Below, in pieces: positions 36,507-46,103 of a stretch of 64,000 bases of DNA. How positions within the stretch are numbered: position 1 is the stretch's first letter; every line of letters begins with the position of its first letter. The notes beneath the pieces are model-generated. The model was not told the origin of the DNA, ran no database searches, and saw nothing but the letters and a program-made list of their open reading frames with translations. The stretch is taken from IMG/VR virus record IMGVR_UViG_3300021388_000002. One strand, written 5' to 3'. A program made the position numbers and the translations under genes. The stretch is from a virus (taxonomy: Duplodnaviria; Heunggongvirae; Uroviricota; Caudoviricetes).

Positions 36507-37088
36507 TCAGGCTCCCTTCATGGTCAGGTACCAGCGGATGGTGCCGGGCGGGTCCCACTCGCTGGTTTCATCGCACGCCAGCCCCGCGGCCTTCATCCGG
36601 TCCAGCTCGGCTTGCACGGTGCCCGGGTGGTGGCGGGCCCGGTTCGCGAGCTGTGTGCTGGTCATCCGCGGGCTGGCTGGCCCGCCCGATGGTCCCATCA
36701 GGTGGGCGGTGATCTGGCGGCGCAGCGTGGCGCTGAAATCTGCCTCGTGCGCCCAGTCCGCGCCGCCGCCCAGGGTGATCACCGGCTCGCCGCAGGTCTC
36801 GCAGGTGCCGCGCAGCGGGTACTCGCCTGGCTGCGCGCCCGCCGTGATCAGCCTGCCGTTCTTCGTGCGCAGGTTGCCGCTCATCGGGTGCGGGCTGTGC
36901 GCCGGGACCTCCGGCGGGGCGATCCGCAGCTGGTAGACGCTCTCGATGTGCGCCGTGTCCTCGCGGTACCGGCGCAGCTCGGATTCGATGTTGCTCAGGT
37001 GATTCCTGGTCGCCTGGGCCAGCAGATCGTGCCGCTCAGCCTCGGCGGCCAGGATGATCTCCTCGCGGGTGGGATTGCTGGTGCTCAT
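36507..37088 (-). CDS. hypothetical protein with C-terminal winged-helix-like segment
   Basis: GAACAGGAGACACAGCG ATG. Confidence 0.5.
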   Translation of the reverse strand: MSTSNPTREEIILAAEAERHDLLAQATRNHLSNIESELRRYREDTAHIESVYQLRIAPPEVPAHSPHPMSGNLRTKNGRLITAGAQPGEYPLRGTCETCGEPVITLGGGADWAHEADFSATLRRQITAHLMGPSGGPASPRMTSTQLANRARHHPGTVQAELDRMKAAGLACDETSEWDPPGTIRWYLTMKGA

Positions 37089-37363
37089 CGCTGTGTCTCC
37101 TGTTCTGGTGTGATGGTGCCCATCTCGGCGGCTGTCCAGCGCTGGAACAGCCGGCCGCCGCTGGGCTCGCCGCGCAGTACCCGGACGCCCGGGATACGGG
37201 CAGCCTGCTCAGCCAGCCGGGCAGGGATCTGGTAGTAGCAGCCGTGCGGCCAGCCGTGCTCCGGCCAGATGCCGTACTCGCGGCCGGGGTCGCGCACGAC
37301 GCGGCGCAGGCGGTCCCGGCTGCGGTGGCTGGTGGTGGATACCCAGACCGCGGGCTCCGTCAT
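37085..37363 (-). CDS. hypothetical protein
   Basis: CAGGAGACCTC ATG. Confidence 0.45.
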   Translation of the reverse strand: MTEPAVWVSTTSHRSRDRLRRVVRDPGREYGIWPEHGWPHGCYYQIPARLAEQAARIPGVRVLRGEPSGGRLFQRWTAAEMGTITPEQETQR

Positions 37364-37536
37364 GAGGTCTCCTGTCCTGGCGGGCGCCGCTCGCCGTAGG
37401 GGCGCTGTGGCTCCCAGCGGTTCTGGCGCTCGGGGTGGCTTTCCTCGTAGCGCTGGTTGCGGGCCTGGCCCTTCCGGCTGGTGTTGTACCGGCGGTGCCG
37501 GGCCAGGTACTTCTCCCGTGCGGGGTCCGCGGTCAC
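37360..37536 (-). CDS. small basic protein (58 aa, GTG start)
   Basis: CAGGAGAGCCC GTG; high GC3; not in ORF track. Confidence 0.35.
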   Translation of the reverse strand: MTADPAREKYLARHRRYNTSRKGQARNQRYEESHPERQNRWEPQRPYGERRPPGQETS

Positions 37537-37847
37537 GGGCTCTCCTGATCCGGGCGGTCAGCGGATGCGCCCAGCCGTGCGGCCTGCGTGCGGGCCCAGG
37601 CTGTGATCGCGCCTGCCTGGCCGTCATAGTCATGTTCCTGCCAGTACGGCCAGGTACCCGTGCCGTGTCGGGCCAGCGTCGTGCGGATCGCGTGCTCCAG
37701 GTACGCGGTGCTGTAATGCCCGCTCAGATCCCAGCTTTCAGAGAAGGCGCAGTAGCTCAGGATCTCGGCCAGATCCGTGGCGCTCAGCCGGTGCTCAGCC
37801 CGGACGGTGACCCGCCGCCTGCCGTCCCGGCTCAGCGTCCACTTCAC
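37533..37847 (-). CDS. hypothetical protein (GTG start)
   Basis: GATCAGGAGACGCA GTG. Confidence 0.45.
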   Translation of the reverse strand: MKWTLSRDGRRRVTVRAEHRLSATDLAEILSYCAFSESWDLSGHYSTAYLEHAIRTTLARHGTGTWPYWQEHDYDGQAGAITAWARTQAARLGASADRPDQESP

Positions 37848-38071
37848 TGCGTCTCCTGATCGTGATCGTCGCGGAACTGCTCCGGTACCAGACTCGTCAG
37901 CGCGATGACGTCAGCCGCGGCGCAGGCCGCTTCGTCCAGGTGCGCGTCCATGTCGGCCTGGCGCCGGATGATCTGCCGCCGGGCGCGCCAGGAGGTGAGG
38001 GGCTCGCCGGGCTTGCGGGCCGGGCCGGGAAAGCGGAATTGCTGCCCGGTGGCGTGATGGATCATGGTCAT
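37844..38071 (-). CDS. hypothetical protein
   Basis: GATCAGGAGAATCCCACC ATG. Confidence 0.45.
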   Translation of the reverse strand: MTMIHHATGQQFRFPGPARKPGEPLTSWRARRQIIRRQADMDAHLDEAACAAADVIALTSLVPEQFRDDHDQETQ

Positions 38072-38123
38072 GGTGGGATTCTCCTGATCGTGGTAGCGCG
38101 GGCGCAGGTGATCGTGTCAGATG

Positions 38124-38139
38124 TTCCCGGCGCCCGGAA
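38124..38139. promoter_or_regulatory. palindrome variant TTCCCGGCGCCCGGAA, copy 2
   Basis: flanks GATG...GATT; 3' of 38146 stop, about 50 nt upstream of the 38071 start. Confidence 0.6.
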
Positions 38140-38145
38140 GATTGC

Positions 38146-38628
38146 TCAGCCGGTGTACGGCGGCTCGCTCGTGCACTCGCCCGCGTGGTGGGTGCCGCAG
38201 CCGCGCGGCGGGATGCTGGCCGGGTCGGTTGTGCGGACGGTGCGCAGTGCCCGCTGGCGGTCATCCTCGTCAGCGAACGCATCTGACAGGGCGACCGCGA
38301 GCACAGCCTGGGCCAGTGCGCGGCGGGTTGGCCCGTACTCGGCTACGGCGGCCAGCACGATGCCCAGCGCGAGGTCATCCGCTGCCTGGAGGTCGGCCGC
38401 GTACTGGGTCACCGCGCGCCAGGCGTCTTCCCGGCTGGGCTCGGTGCCGCCATCCAGGACCGTGCCGTCCTCGCGGCGGCGGATAACCCACTTTGTCTGG
38501 CCGTCCAGCCCGGCGGCGGTGAATGTGCTGGCGTAGCCCTGCGTCCGCAGCCACGCCTGAGCCGCGATGGCCGCCTCGCTGAGCTGGCGGTCCGGGTCTG
38601 GTGGCGCGGCGGTTACCGGGGTGCTCAT
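38146..38628 (-). CDS. hypothetical protein
   Basis: GAGGAGGCGGCCCG ATG. Confidence 0.5.
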   Translation of the reverse strand: MSTPVTAAPPDPDRQLSEAAIAAQAWLRTQGYASTFTAAGLDGQTKWVIRRREDGTVLDGGTEPSREDAWRAVTQYAADLQAADDLALGIVLAAVAEYGPTRRALAQAVLAVALSDAFADEDDRQRALRTVRTTDPASIPPRGCGTHHAGECTSEPPYTG

Positions 38629-38954
38629 CGGGCCGCCTCCTCGCGCAGCTCCCGGGCCAGGTCGCGCAGATTGGCGGTGGTGCGGGTTACCCGGCGCACG
38701 ATCGGGTCGCTGTCGTTCAGGCATTCCTCGATCGCCGTTATCCGGTCCGCCAGGGCCAGCAGGGAGCAGTCCCGGCTGAGTTCTGGCCGGGAGCCGTACC
38801 GCAGCCAGTTCTCCATGTGCTGCTCCAGCGTGACGCCCTCGGGCTTGGGGCCGATGCCTGCCTGGTTCATCCAGCGCAGCCCGAGCGTGCCCTCGCGCAG
38901 CATCGTGCTGAACGCCAGCGCCAGCCGTGTGGTCATGTCCTGCTGTGCGGTCAT
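38625..38954 (-). CDS. hypothetical protein
   Basis: GAACAGGAGGAACCCCG ATG. Confidence 0.5.
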   Translation of the reverse strand: MTAQQDMTTRLALAFSTMLREGTLGLRWMNQAGIGPKPEGVTLEQHMENWLRYGSRPELSRDCSLLALADRITAIEECLNDSDPIVRRVTRTTANLRDLARELREEAAR

Positions 38955-39041
38955 CGGGGTTCCTCCTGTTCGTTAGGACGCGCTGGCCCGCACCGCGTGA
39001 TGCGGGCCAGCGCGAATGTGATCAGACGGTGACGGGCTCGG

Positions 39042-40451
39042 CTAGCGCGGTGCCGTGGCCGCCATCATCGCGACCGTGGGCAGGCTGGACCCGTGCGCCA
39101 GGGGCGCTGCCGGGAGGGTGACCGGCTCGGCCGTGGCCGGTGCCAGGCTGTCCAGCTCGGCCGGCACGGTGCCCGGCTTGAACTGGGCCAGCACGTCCTC
39201 GCCCGTGACCGCGCCGCTGGCGACGGCAGCGCTCATCCGGGCGGCGTGCACCACGACCAGCGGGTGCTTGCCGATCAGGACCGGCGGGCTGGCGTTCTCA
39301 GCCATCGGGTCGCAGCTGCTGCCCGGGGTGGCTGGGCAGTCCGGGCAGGGCGCTGCCAGCAGCGTGCCGGTCAGCTCTGCCCGCTCGGCCGCGTCCTGCT
39401 CCTGCTCCGTCCCGGTGGTGAACTGGCCGTGCCGCGGGCGCTGGCGGATGCCGTTCCGCTTGCGCGGGCGCTGCGGGATGGGCTCCGCGGCCGGCAGCGC
39501 TGGCGGTGCCGCGTCCGTCTCGCCCGGCAGCCGCAGGCCACCCGTGGACGCCTGGTCATCGGCGCGCAGCCGCACCGTAGCCGAGGTCACCCAGATGGGC
39601 GGCGCGTCCGGCAGCGGCTCGCCGGTCTCCGGGTCGGTGTCCGGCTGGTGCCACCCGATCGGCTCGATGGTGTACGCGAACGAGTCCGGCAGCGGCCCGC
39701 ACTTGACCTTCTCCGCGATCACCGTGGCCGACCGGCTGCCGTCCGTGCTCTCCAGGTCTGGCTCGATCCCGAACACGAAGTCCGAGGAAGCGAACAGCCG
39801 GGAGCCGGGCAGGCGCTGCGGCTCGTTGCCGCGCCCGCCGTTCGGGTGCGCGATCGCGATTACCAGGCAGTCCAGCTGGGCCGACAGCCACTTCATCCCG
39901 AGCATGAACCGGTTGGCGCTGGTGTCGTTAGCCAGCGACAGGCCGCCGAAGTCCGCCGCGCTGTCCAGGATGACCAGCTCCAGGTCCGGCAGCTGGCCCA
40001 TCTCGGTCGCCGCCCGGCGCAGCGCCCGCGTCGGCTCCATCTGCGGGCTGACCGGCACCGCGAACGCCTCCGTCATGAACTTCAGCCGCACGTCGGTGTA
40101 GGGCGGCTGGGCCGCCAGCCACGCATCGGCCGCCGCCTGGCCGTCCCGGCGGGCGATCTCGGCCGCCCGCGCCATCCGGTCATGCTGCTCGCGGATCAGC
40201 CGGGCCTGCTTGCGGACTCCCGCGTCGTACAGGCCCTCACCGAGGCAGTACGCGACCATGCCCCGGATGGTCGCCCGGCCGAGGAACGGGGTGCCGTTGG
40301 CGACCGCCAGGCCCAGTTCCTGGCCGATCACCAGGGACTTGCCGTAGTACGACGGCCCGTAGACGAACCCCACGCCCACCCGGGGGAACAGCCCCTCGAC
40401 CAGGAAGTCCGGCGGGGTGATGTCCAGGTCGTCAGCGTTGATCAGAGGCAT
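39042..40451 (-). CDS. AAA_25-type RecA-like ATPase (RepA/DnaB-like fold)
   Basis: GFVYGPSYYGKS Walker A; VILDSAADF Walker B-like. Confidence 0.65.
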   Translation of the reverse strand: MPLINADDLDITPPDFLVEGLFPRVGVGFVYGPSYYGKSLVIGQELGLAVANGTPFLGRATIRGMVAYCLGEGLYDAGVRKQARLIREQHDRMARAAEIARRDGQAAADAWLAAQPPYTDVRLKFMTEAFAVPVSPQMEPTRALRRAATEMGQLPDLELVILDSAADFGGLSLANDTSANRFMLGMKWLSAQLDCLVIAIAHPNGGRGNEPQRLPGSRLFASSDFVFGIEPDLESTDGSRSATVIAEKVKCGPLPDSFAYTIEPIGWHQPDTDPETGEPLPDAPPIWVTSATVRLRADDQASTGGLRLPGETDAAPPALPAAEPIPQRPRKRNGIRQRPRHGQFTTGTEQEQDAAERAELTGTLLAAPCPDCPATPGSSCDPMAENASPPVLIGKHPLVVVHAARMSAAVASGAVTGEDVLAQFKPGTVPAELDSLAPATAEPVTLPAAPLAHGSSLPTVAMMAATAPR

Positions 40452-40584
40452 GTCCTGTCTCCTGTTCTGTGAAATCGTGCGGCGGGGTCCGTGCGTACAC
40501 GATGACCGCCGCGAGTGCGGTGCCGAACGCGCCCGCGCCCAGCAGGGCGCAGCCCGCGATGAGCAGGGCGTGGATCACGCGCGC

Positions 40585-40974
40585 CTACCAGTCCACCCAG
40601 TCCGGCAGTACCCAGACCGGGTCGTGGTCGCCGCTCTTGCGGAGCTGGCGCGCTTCCTCCGGGGTGGCCGGGCAGTCCGGCAGCGCGTGCCACACCGTCT
40701 CGCCGCTGGCCGTGACGACCGTGGGGATGGCGTTTTGCTCGCCATAGGGCCGGAACGGGGTGCTCGGTGTGGTGTCGGCGGTGTCATAGTCCAGCGAGAC
40801 GACCAGGATGCCGTCCCGGATGTAGACGTAGACCTGGACCCCGCCGACCTCTACGCACGGCGGGCAGTAGGTGGCGCTGTCCTCGCCGTCCGGGTCCAGC
40901 CGGGACGGGTAGTAGATAGCCGCCTCATTGGCCTGGCGCTCGCTGGCGGGCATGCTGCCCTCGAAGTAGCTCAT
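40585..40974 (-). CDS. hypothetical protein
   Basis: palindrome then GATCAGGAGACACAGGCA ATG. Confidence 0.5.
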   Translation of the reverse strand: MSYFEGSMPASERQANEAAIYYPSRLDPDGEDSATYCPPCVEVGGVQVYVYIRDGILVVSLDYDTADTTPSTPFRPYGEQNAIPTVVTASGETVWHALPDCPATPEEARQLRKSGDHDPVWVLPDWVDW

Positions 40975-41002
40975 TGCCTGTGTCTCCTGATCGTGGTGAA
41001 TG

Positions 41003-41018
41003 TTCCGGACGCCGGGAA
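41003..41018. promoter_or_regulatory. palindrome variant TTCCGGACGCCGGGAA, copy 3
   Basis: flanks AATG...GATC; 28 nt upstream of ATG at 40974. Confidence 0.55.
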
Positions 41019-41020
41019 GA

Positions 41021-41449
41021 TCACGGTTCGCGCAGCTCGCGGAGCGTGTCCGGCGGTTCCGGGTCATCGTCTAGCTCGCCCGCTTCATCGGCGGCCAGGA
41101 CCCGTGCGATGTGCGGTGCGGCGGCGTTCAGCTCCCGGCCGAGCTGGGCCAGTGCTCGCTCACCCGCCGCCCGCCGCTCGGCCGGGGTCATCTCGCTCAG
41201 CGGGCGAGACCTGGCCAGCCGCTGGGCGCGCTCTTGCAGTTCCGCCGCCGTCTTCGGTGCGGGCGCGTGCCCGGTCCTGATGGCCCACAGTCCTGACTGG
41301 CCGATCCGGCTGACGCCGCCTGGGCCGTCTGCGATGCCCGCTTCCGGCAGCGCGGCGCTGAGCACGTCCCGGACCGCCTGGCGGGCGGCTGAGCGGGCAG
41401 GCGCGTCAACCTCGATGAGGACTGTGGTGGATACGTGCCAGATGGTCAT
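41021..41449 (-). CDS. hypothetical protein
   Basis: AATAGGAGACCGC ATG. Confidence 0.5.
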   Translation of the reverse strand: MTIWHVSTTVLIEVDAPARSAARQAVRDVLSAALPEAGIADGPGGVSRIGQSGLWAIRTGHAPAPKTAAELQERAQRLARSRPLSEMTPAERRAAGERALAQLGRELNAAAPHIARVLAADEAGELDDDPEPPDTLRELREP

Positions 41450-41457
41450 GCGGTCTC

Positions 41458-41610
41458 CTATTCGCCGCGCAGCTGCCAGCGCAGCCGCGACATGGTGTTG
41501 CTGTAGGTGATGGCGGTCTGGACTTCGTCCGCGCTCAGCGTGCCGCAGGTCCGGAAGAACGCCAGGTACTCGGATAGCGACCAGGGGTAGGTCGCGTGTG
41601 GCCGGGTCAT
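41458..41610 (-). CDS. small hypothetical protein (50 aa)
   Basis: TGATG coupling; high GC3. Confidence 0.3.
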   Translation of the reverse strand: MTRPHATYPWSLSEYLAFFRTCGTLSADEVQTAITYSNTMSRLRWQLRGE

Positions 41611-42023
41611 CAGGCACGCACCCGCTGGTGGCTGGGCGGCTGGAGCAGGTCCAGGAAGTCCTTTGGCTCCTGGCGGTGCGCGCTGTGCACCCGGGCGATG
41701 AAGTCCGCCCGGCTGCGGTACCAGCCGATGCGCGCGTCCGGGTCCTGGGCGTACAGGATCGCGATGACCCAGCCCCAGGCGTCCCAGGCGGCGGCCCGGT
41801 TCTCGCTGGACGTGTCGTAGCTGCCGATGGGCCGGTGCCCGCTGACGCGCCAGCCGTGCAGGCTGTAGGCGAAAACCCCGGTGCCGTGCCGGTACCCGCT
41901 GCGCTTGCGCGGCTCGAATGACCGGGGGTCCTCGGCCCAGATGTCCGCGCCGTGCTCGCGCCGGGCGGTGGCGAATGCCGCTTCCACGTCGCTGACGGTC
42001 AGCGTGCTGCTGTAGATCCTCAT
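41610..42023 (-). CDS. hypothetical protein
   Basis: GAGGATCGG ATG. Confidence 0.5.
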   Translation of the reverse strand: MRIYSSTLTVSDVEAAFATARREHGADIWAEDPRSFEPRKRSGYRHGTGVFAYSLHGWRVSGHRPIGSYDTSSENRAAAWDAWGWVIAILYAQDPDARIGWYRSRADFIARVHSAHRQEPKDFLDLLQPPSHQRVRA

Positions 42024-42241
42024 CCGATCCTCACATCCAGCTCAGCCAGCACGACGTCGTAGGTGTCGCCGTCGTCTGCCTGGGCGGACGTGTCTTTCCA
42101 CGAGAGCTGCGTGCCGCCACCCTCGTCCTCGTCCTCTATCTCCTGGGCGGCGGCCCTGGCCTTCTCCTTGGTGCTGAACGCGCCGATGACCTGGGAGATG
42201 CCGCGCCCGGCCGGGTCGCAGACTGTGATGTAGACGTTCAT
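42020..42241 (-). CDS. small acidic hypothetical protein
   Basis: CAGGAAGGAAG SD. Confidence 0.45.
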   Translation of the reverse strand: MNVYITVCDPAGRGISQVIGAFSTKEKARAAAQEIEDEDEGGGTQLSWKDTSAQADDGDTYDVVLAELDVRIG

Positions 42242-42693
42242 GCGGCAGCTTCCTTCCTGAGCGTGTAGACCTGGCCGTGCACGGGCTTGCTGCGGTCGCC
42301 GTCGATGACCAGCAGCCCGGCCTGGCCGCGCGCGACCGCTGGGCCGGGGCCATCGGACTTGTGCCGGCGGATTCGCCAGGCTGTGCTGCCGAGGCCGTTA
42401 TCCGCCACGATCCGGGCCAGCCACTCGCGGGTGGCCAGGTGGCCATCATCGGCTTGGCCGAACGAGACCGCATTCGGGGTGAGCCGGGCGATGCGCAGCC
42501 TGTACAGGTACACGTCGTAGACCTCGTGCCCGGGACCGCCTGGCCGCCGCTCGTGGATGGTGACCGTCCGGCCGACCGGGGCGTAGCGCCAGCCTTCTGG
42601 GTGCAGGCGCCAGTGCTTGCGGACGTACGCGGCCAGGCCGTCATAGGTCAGTTCTGGTGTGTCCGCGGGGAAGCGGAAGTAGTACTGAGGCAT
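42238..42693 (-). CDS. hypothetical protein
   Basis: GAACAGGAGAGCTGACCC ATG. Confidence 0.5.
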   Translation of the reverse strand: MPQYYFRFPADTPELTYDGLAAYVRKHWRLHPEGWRYAPVGRTVTIHERRPGGPGHEVYDVYLYRLRIARLTPNAVSFGQADDGHLATREWLARIVADNGLGSTAWRIRRHKSDGPGPAVARGQAGLLVIDGDRSKPVHGQVYTLRKEAAA

Positions 42694-42709
42694 GGGTCAG
42701 CTCTCCTGT

Positions 42710-43102
42710 TCAGCCTGCCGTCAGGCCGCCGCGCTCGGATTCGGTGATGGTGCGGCCGGTGGCATCGATCTCGTTGGGCGTGTGCTCGCCGTCCGGGCTG
42801 CCCTCGCACTCGGTGATCCGCCCGGCCGATTCCCAGCGGGCTTGCGGGTCTGCCGTATTGAGCGTGACCTTGCGCTCGCAGTAGAAGCACTCGCTTTCGA
42901 GGAGCTGGCCCCAGCTGGCCTGCGTTTCCTGCTCCGCGACCAGGTAGCTGGCCGCAGCCCGGTCTAGCAGCTGGCGCTGGCGCTCGCTGAGCACGTCGTA
43001 GGGGTCGTCCCGGCCCGTGCTGGCCCACAGCTCGCCTGCTGCGCGGGCCAGTATCAGCAGATCCTCAGCGGGCCAGCTGCGCAGGTCAGAGGGGTCGTTC
43101 AT
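42710..43102 (-). CDS. hypothetical protein
   Basis: palindrome then GGACAGGAGAGCTGATC ATG. Confidence 0.5.
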   Translation of the reverse strand: MNDPSDLRSWPAEDLLILARAAGELWASTGRDDPYDVLSERQRQLLDRAAASYLVAEQETQASWGQLLESECFYCERKVTLNTADPQARWESAGRITECEGSPDGEHTPNEIDATGRTITESERGGLTAG

Positions 43103-43104
43103 GA

Positions 43105-43482
43105 TCAGCTCTCCTGTCCGTGAAGTTCCGGGCGCCCGGAAGATTGCGCTGTGACGGTGGCCAGCAGGTCGGGCAGGATCTCCCAGGCCCGCCCGGTCCA
43201 TTCGGCAGGGTCGCCCCAGGACAGCGTCCATTCATCCAGCCGCACGTGCCGGGTGGTGACGCGCCGTCGCCCGCGCCCGCGCCGGGCCAGGATCTCAGCG
43301 CGGGTCTGCGGGCCGTCGATGTCCAGGTACCGGCCGTCTGGCATCAGGTTGAAGGCGTGGCCGCCTGGGCCGAAGCCATCCCGGAACGCTGCCACTGGCC
43401 AGCTCGTGGCTTCCTGGACTACGGCAGCCAGCAGGAAGCACGCGCCCCGGGTGAAGCCGTCCCGGTCCTGCTCCGTGATCAT
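43105..43482 (-). CDS. hypothetical protein (C-terminal codons SSGRPEL encode the palindrome)
   Basis: GGAAAAGGACAGCCA ATG. Confidence 0.45.
   Translation of the reverse strand: MITEQDRDGFTRGACFLLAAVVQEATSWPVAAFRDGFGPGGHAFNLMPDGRYLDIDGPQTRAEILARRGRGRRRVTTRHVRLDEWTLSWGDPAEWTGRAWEILPDLLATVTAQSSGRPELHGQES
43126..43141. promoter_or_regulatory. palindrome TTCCGGGCGCCCGGAA, copy 4
   Basis: GAAG...GATT; overlaps C-terminal codons of 43105..43482. Confidence 0.6.
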
Positions 43483-43988
43483 TGGCTGTCCTTTTCCAGG
43501 TGCAGCCTGGCCAGGATCTCTGTGGCGCGTGCTTCCTGCGCCGCCTCGGCTGCCTGTCGCTCGGCCAGCGCCGTTTCTTTCCGCGCCAGCCAGGTGCTGA
43601 TTATCTGCACGCCGACTCCGGCTGAGTCCGATAGCGTCAGCAGGTCGCGCAGCTCAGCGAGGAATTCCTCCCCGCCGCGCTTCTGGCCGTCTTCCAGCCC
43701 GGCCTGATAGCCGTAGCGGTCCCGCCGATTATCAGGCTCCACGTTGATGCGGACAGTCTGGTACCGGCCTTCGCTGGTGCGGTAGTCACCGCGCGCCCAG
43801 TAAGCCGCGTTCTCCGGGCCGTCCACCCACCACATGATGTTGGTGACGTAGTAGGAATTGCCGCTGTTGAGGATGATCACGTCTCCGCGCTTAGGCAGTT
43901 CCTCCAGCTCCAGCTCAATGTGCATCCATCCCATGTTCGGGTCATCAGCGGTGATGCGCGATCGTGGCCCGGCGATGATAGCTCTCAT
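43479..43988 (-). CDS. hypothetical protein with C-terminal coiled coil
   Basis: start trimmed to MRAIIAG; TGATG coupling. Confidence 0.4.
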   Translation of the reverse strand: MRAIIAGPRSRITADDPNMGWMHIELELEELPKRGDVIILNSGNSYYVTNIMWWVDGPENAAYWARGDYRTSEGRYQTVRINVEPDNRRDRYGYQAGLEDGQKRGGEEFLAELRDLLTLSDSAGVGVQIISTWLARKETALAERQAAEAAQEARATEILARLHLEKDSQ

Positions 43989-44260
43989 GATGTGTGCACC
44001 GCCGTAGCCTGGTCCCGGGTCCGCGGACGCCGGGCGGTCACCGCGATCTCGCCGCGCGCGGCCTGGCCGAACAGCACCGGGTCGAAGACGCGGCGGGTTC
44101 CGGTGCCCGCGGCCGGCCGGCTGTCCTCCGCGAACAGCTCCGTGAACGCCGTCACCAGCCGGCTCAGCGCCGGGCTCGCGCCGTGGGCCTCGCGCTCGGC
44201 CGCCAGCAGGCCGGCGACGTCGCGGAAGTGCCGCTGGGTGTACTTGCGTGATGCGGGCAT
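43985..44260 (-). CDS. hypothetical protein
   Basis: CCCAGGAGACTGACC ATG. Confidence 0.45.
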   Translation of the reverse strand: MPASRKYTQRHFRDVAGLLAAEREAHGASPALSRLVTAFTELFAEDSRPAAGTGTRRVFDPVLFGQAARGEIAVTARRPRTRDQATAVHTS

Positions 44261-44262
44261 GG

Positions 44263-44424
44263 TCAGTCTCCTGGGTCTCTGCGCCAGCCGAATGCCATGT
44301 AGCAGCGGATGGCGATGATGTGCTCGGGTGCTTCGGCTTCCATGGCTGTGGCGCTGGCTGCCCGGCCGTCCAGGCCGGCGTTGACCAGGTTCTCGTCCAG
44401 CCGCTCGATTTCCTCAAGCGTCAT
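44263..44424 (-). CDS. small hypothetical protein (53 aa)
   Basis: ATGA coupling. Confidence 0.3.
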   Translation of the reverse strand: MTLEEIERLDENLVNAGLDGRAASATAMEAEAPEHIIAIRCYMAFGWRRDPGD

Positions 44425-44426
44425 GA

Positions 44427-45320
44427 TTAGTGCCTGGTGAGCGTGAACGTGCCCGTTGCGTCGTCGTAGGTGGCGGTGTACGACTCGCCGGCCCGCTCGT
44501 GGGTGTGGGTCGGCCCCATCACGACCGCGCTCAGCAGCAGCTTGAGCGCCGCTTCGCGCGACAGGCCGTGCTGCCGCAGTGCGCTGGCCGTCTCGTCCCG
44601 GCTGGCGCGGAAGGCGGCGCGGCGGCTGTCCTGGTCCTGCTCGTGCCGGGCGGGGGCGATCCCGGCTCGCTCTGCCAGGTTGGCCAGGGCCTGGTGCCGG
44701 TTGCTGGCCGGGCTGTTCATGTCGTAGTAGTGCCCGGCGTTGTAGGCCAGCTTGCCGGCCTGGCTGCCGTCCAGCTCGTATGCTTCCCAGGTGACCCAGC
44801 CGCCGTCTTGCTCGGCCGCGACCCACCAGGAGCGCAGCAGGCCGGGGCTGGCGTCGTGACCGGGCAGCACCGCGCGCACGGTCCAGCCCGCGTTCTGGGT
44901 GATGCCTGGCACGGGCGGGGCCATCGTGCGGGCCTCGCGCGCGGCCTCGGCCGCCAGCTCGCGCGCGGCCTCAATGTTCCCGGCGCCCGGAAGATCCCGC
45001 TGCCACCACGGCGCCACCCGGCGCGGCCCGGCCAGCAGGTCCACTGCCTCAGCCAGCAGCTCGGCGGCGTCCCGCAGGTACGGTTCCCGCCCGGGCGCGC
45101 CGTCCTCATGGTCAGCTAGCCTGGCCAGTGTGGTGCGGGCGTCAGCCAGGAAGCCGTCCAGGCCGCTGGTGCGGGCCGTGGGGCCGGCAGGTGCGTGCGT
45201 GGCCTGGAGCACTTCCAGGATGCTGACGTAGAGCGTGTCACCGGGGGTGAACCGGCGTGCGAGCGCATCTACGATGGCCTGCTCCTGGCGCGCGGTGAAG
45301 GTCGGTGTGATGGTGGTCAT
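44427..45320 (-). CDS. hypothetical protein (palindrome encoded internally as DLPGAGNI)
   Basis: GATCAGGAGACCTC ATG. Confidence 0.5.
   Translation of the reverse strand: MTTITPTFTARQEQAIVDALARRFTPGDTLYVSILEVLQATHAPAGPTARTSGLDGFLADARTTLARLADHEDGAPGREPYLRDAAELLAEAVDLLAGPRRVAPWWQRDLPGAGNIEAARELAAEAAREARTMAPPVPGITQNAGWTVRAVLPGHDASPGLLRSWWVAAEQDGGWVTWEAYELDGSQAGKLAYNAGHYYDMNSPASNRHQALANLAERAGIAPARHEQDQDSRRAAFRASRDETASALRQHGLSREAALKLLLSAVVMGPTHTHERAGESYTATYDDATGTFTLTRH
44977..44992. promoter_or_regulatory. palindrome variant TTCCCGGCGCCCGGAA, copy 5 (intragenic)
   Basis: AATG...GATC; inside 44427..45320 coding region. Confidence 0.5.
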
Positions 45321-45421
45321 GAGGTCTCCTGATCAGGGAAGACGGCCCGGGGTGGCCGCTGGGCGCGGTTCCGGGCCGTATATCTAGAGTATCATAGGGT
45401 ATACACGACAGTCCAGTGCGG

Positions 45422-45766
45422 CTAGGTGCCGGGCTGCCGGCCAGGACGCCCGTCGCGTGTGCTGCGGCGCAGCAGCACGATGGGATCGGTCTGGTGAACC
45501 GAGAACAGCTTCCCGGTCACGCCGTCGCGGAACCGCGGGTGCGGGGTGTTCCACCGGTCCTCGTGGCCCGGGACGCGCTCGTGGACCAGGAACTCATCCG
45601 GCGGGTCGCCTGCTGCGGTGGGCACCAGGACCAGGTCGCCGGGCTCGATGTCCGCCGGGGCCGCACCCAGAACGATGCGGTAGCCCACGTCGTCTTTCCC
45701 GCGCAGCCCACCTGCCTCGTTCTGGGCGGCGATCATGGCGATGGCCGGGCCATATGCAGGGGTCAC
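45422..45766 (-). CDS. hypothetical protein (GTG start)
   Basis: CAGGAGAGCAC GTG. Confidence 0.45.
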   Translation of the reverse strand: MTPAYGPAIAMIAAQNEAGGLRGKDDVGYRIVLGAAPADIEPGDLVLVPTAAGDPPDEFLVHERVPGHEDRWNTPHPRFRDGVTGKLFSVHQTDPIVLLRRSTRDGRPGRQPGT

Positions 45767-46023
45767 GTGCTCTCCTGGCGGCCAGTGGCCGGGCGGGCGT
45801 GGCGCCCAGCCGGGGCGGGTGGCGCGGCCTGGCTGGCTTCGCGCACGCGGAATTCGCTGACTGCCTCGTGCGCGGTCGCCGCCAGCTCGGCCAGCCGGCG
45901 GCGCAGCAGGGTCACGTCCGCGGGCTGGTCATAGACCCGTGCCGCGATGTCCGCGTGATCGGCCAGCGTGGTGAGCATGACGCTCATCCGGCCTGCCTCG
46001 TAGGCGTAGCTGAAAACTGCCAT
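45763..46023 (-). CDS. hypothetical protein
   Basis: GAACAGGAGACACCC ATG. Confidence 0.45.
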   Translation of the reverse strand: MAVFSYAYEAGRMSVMLTTLADHADIAARVYDQPADVTLLRRRLAELAATAHEAVSEFRVREASQAAPPAPAGRHARPATGRQEST

Positions 46024-46103
46024 GGGTGTCTCCTGTTCGCTTGCTGGGGTGGCTGGCCGGGCCGGGGCACCGCGCGGCACTCCGGCCCGGCTGGTGGGAT
46101 GGG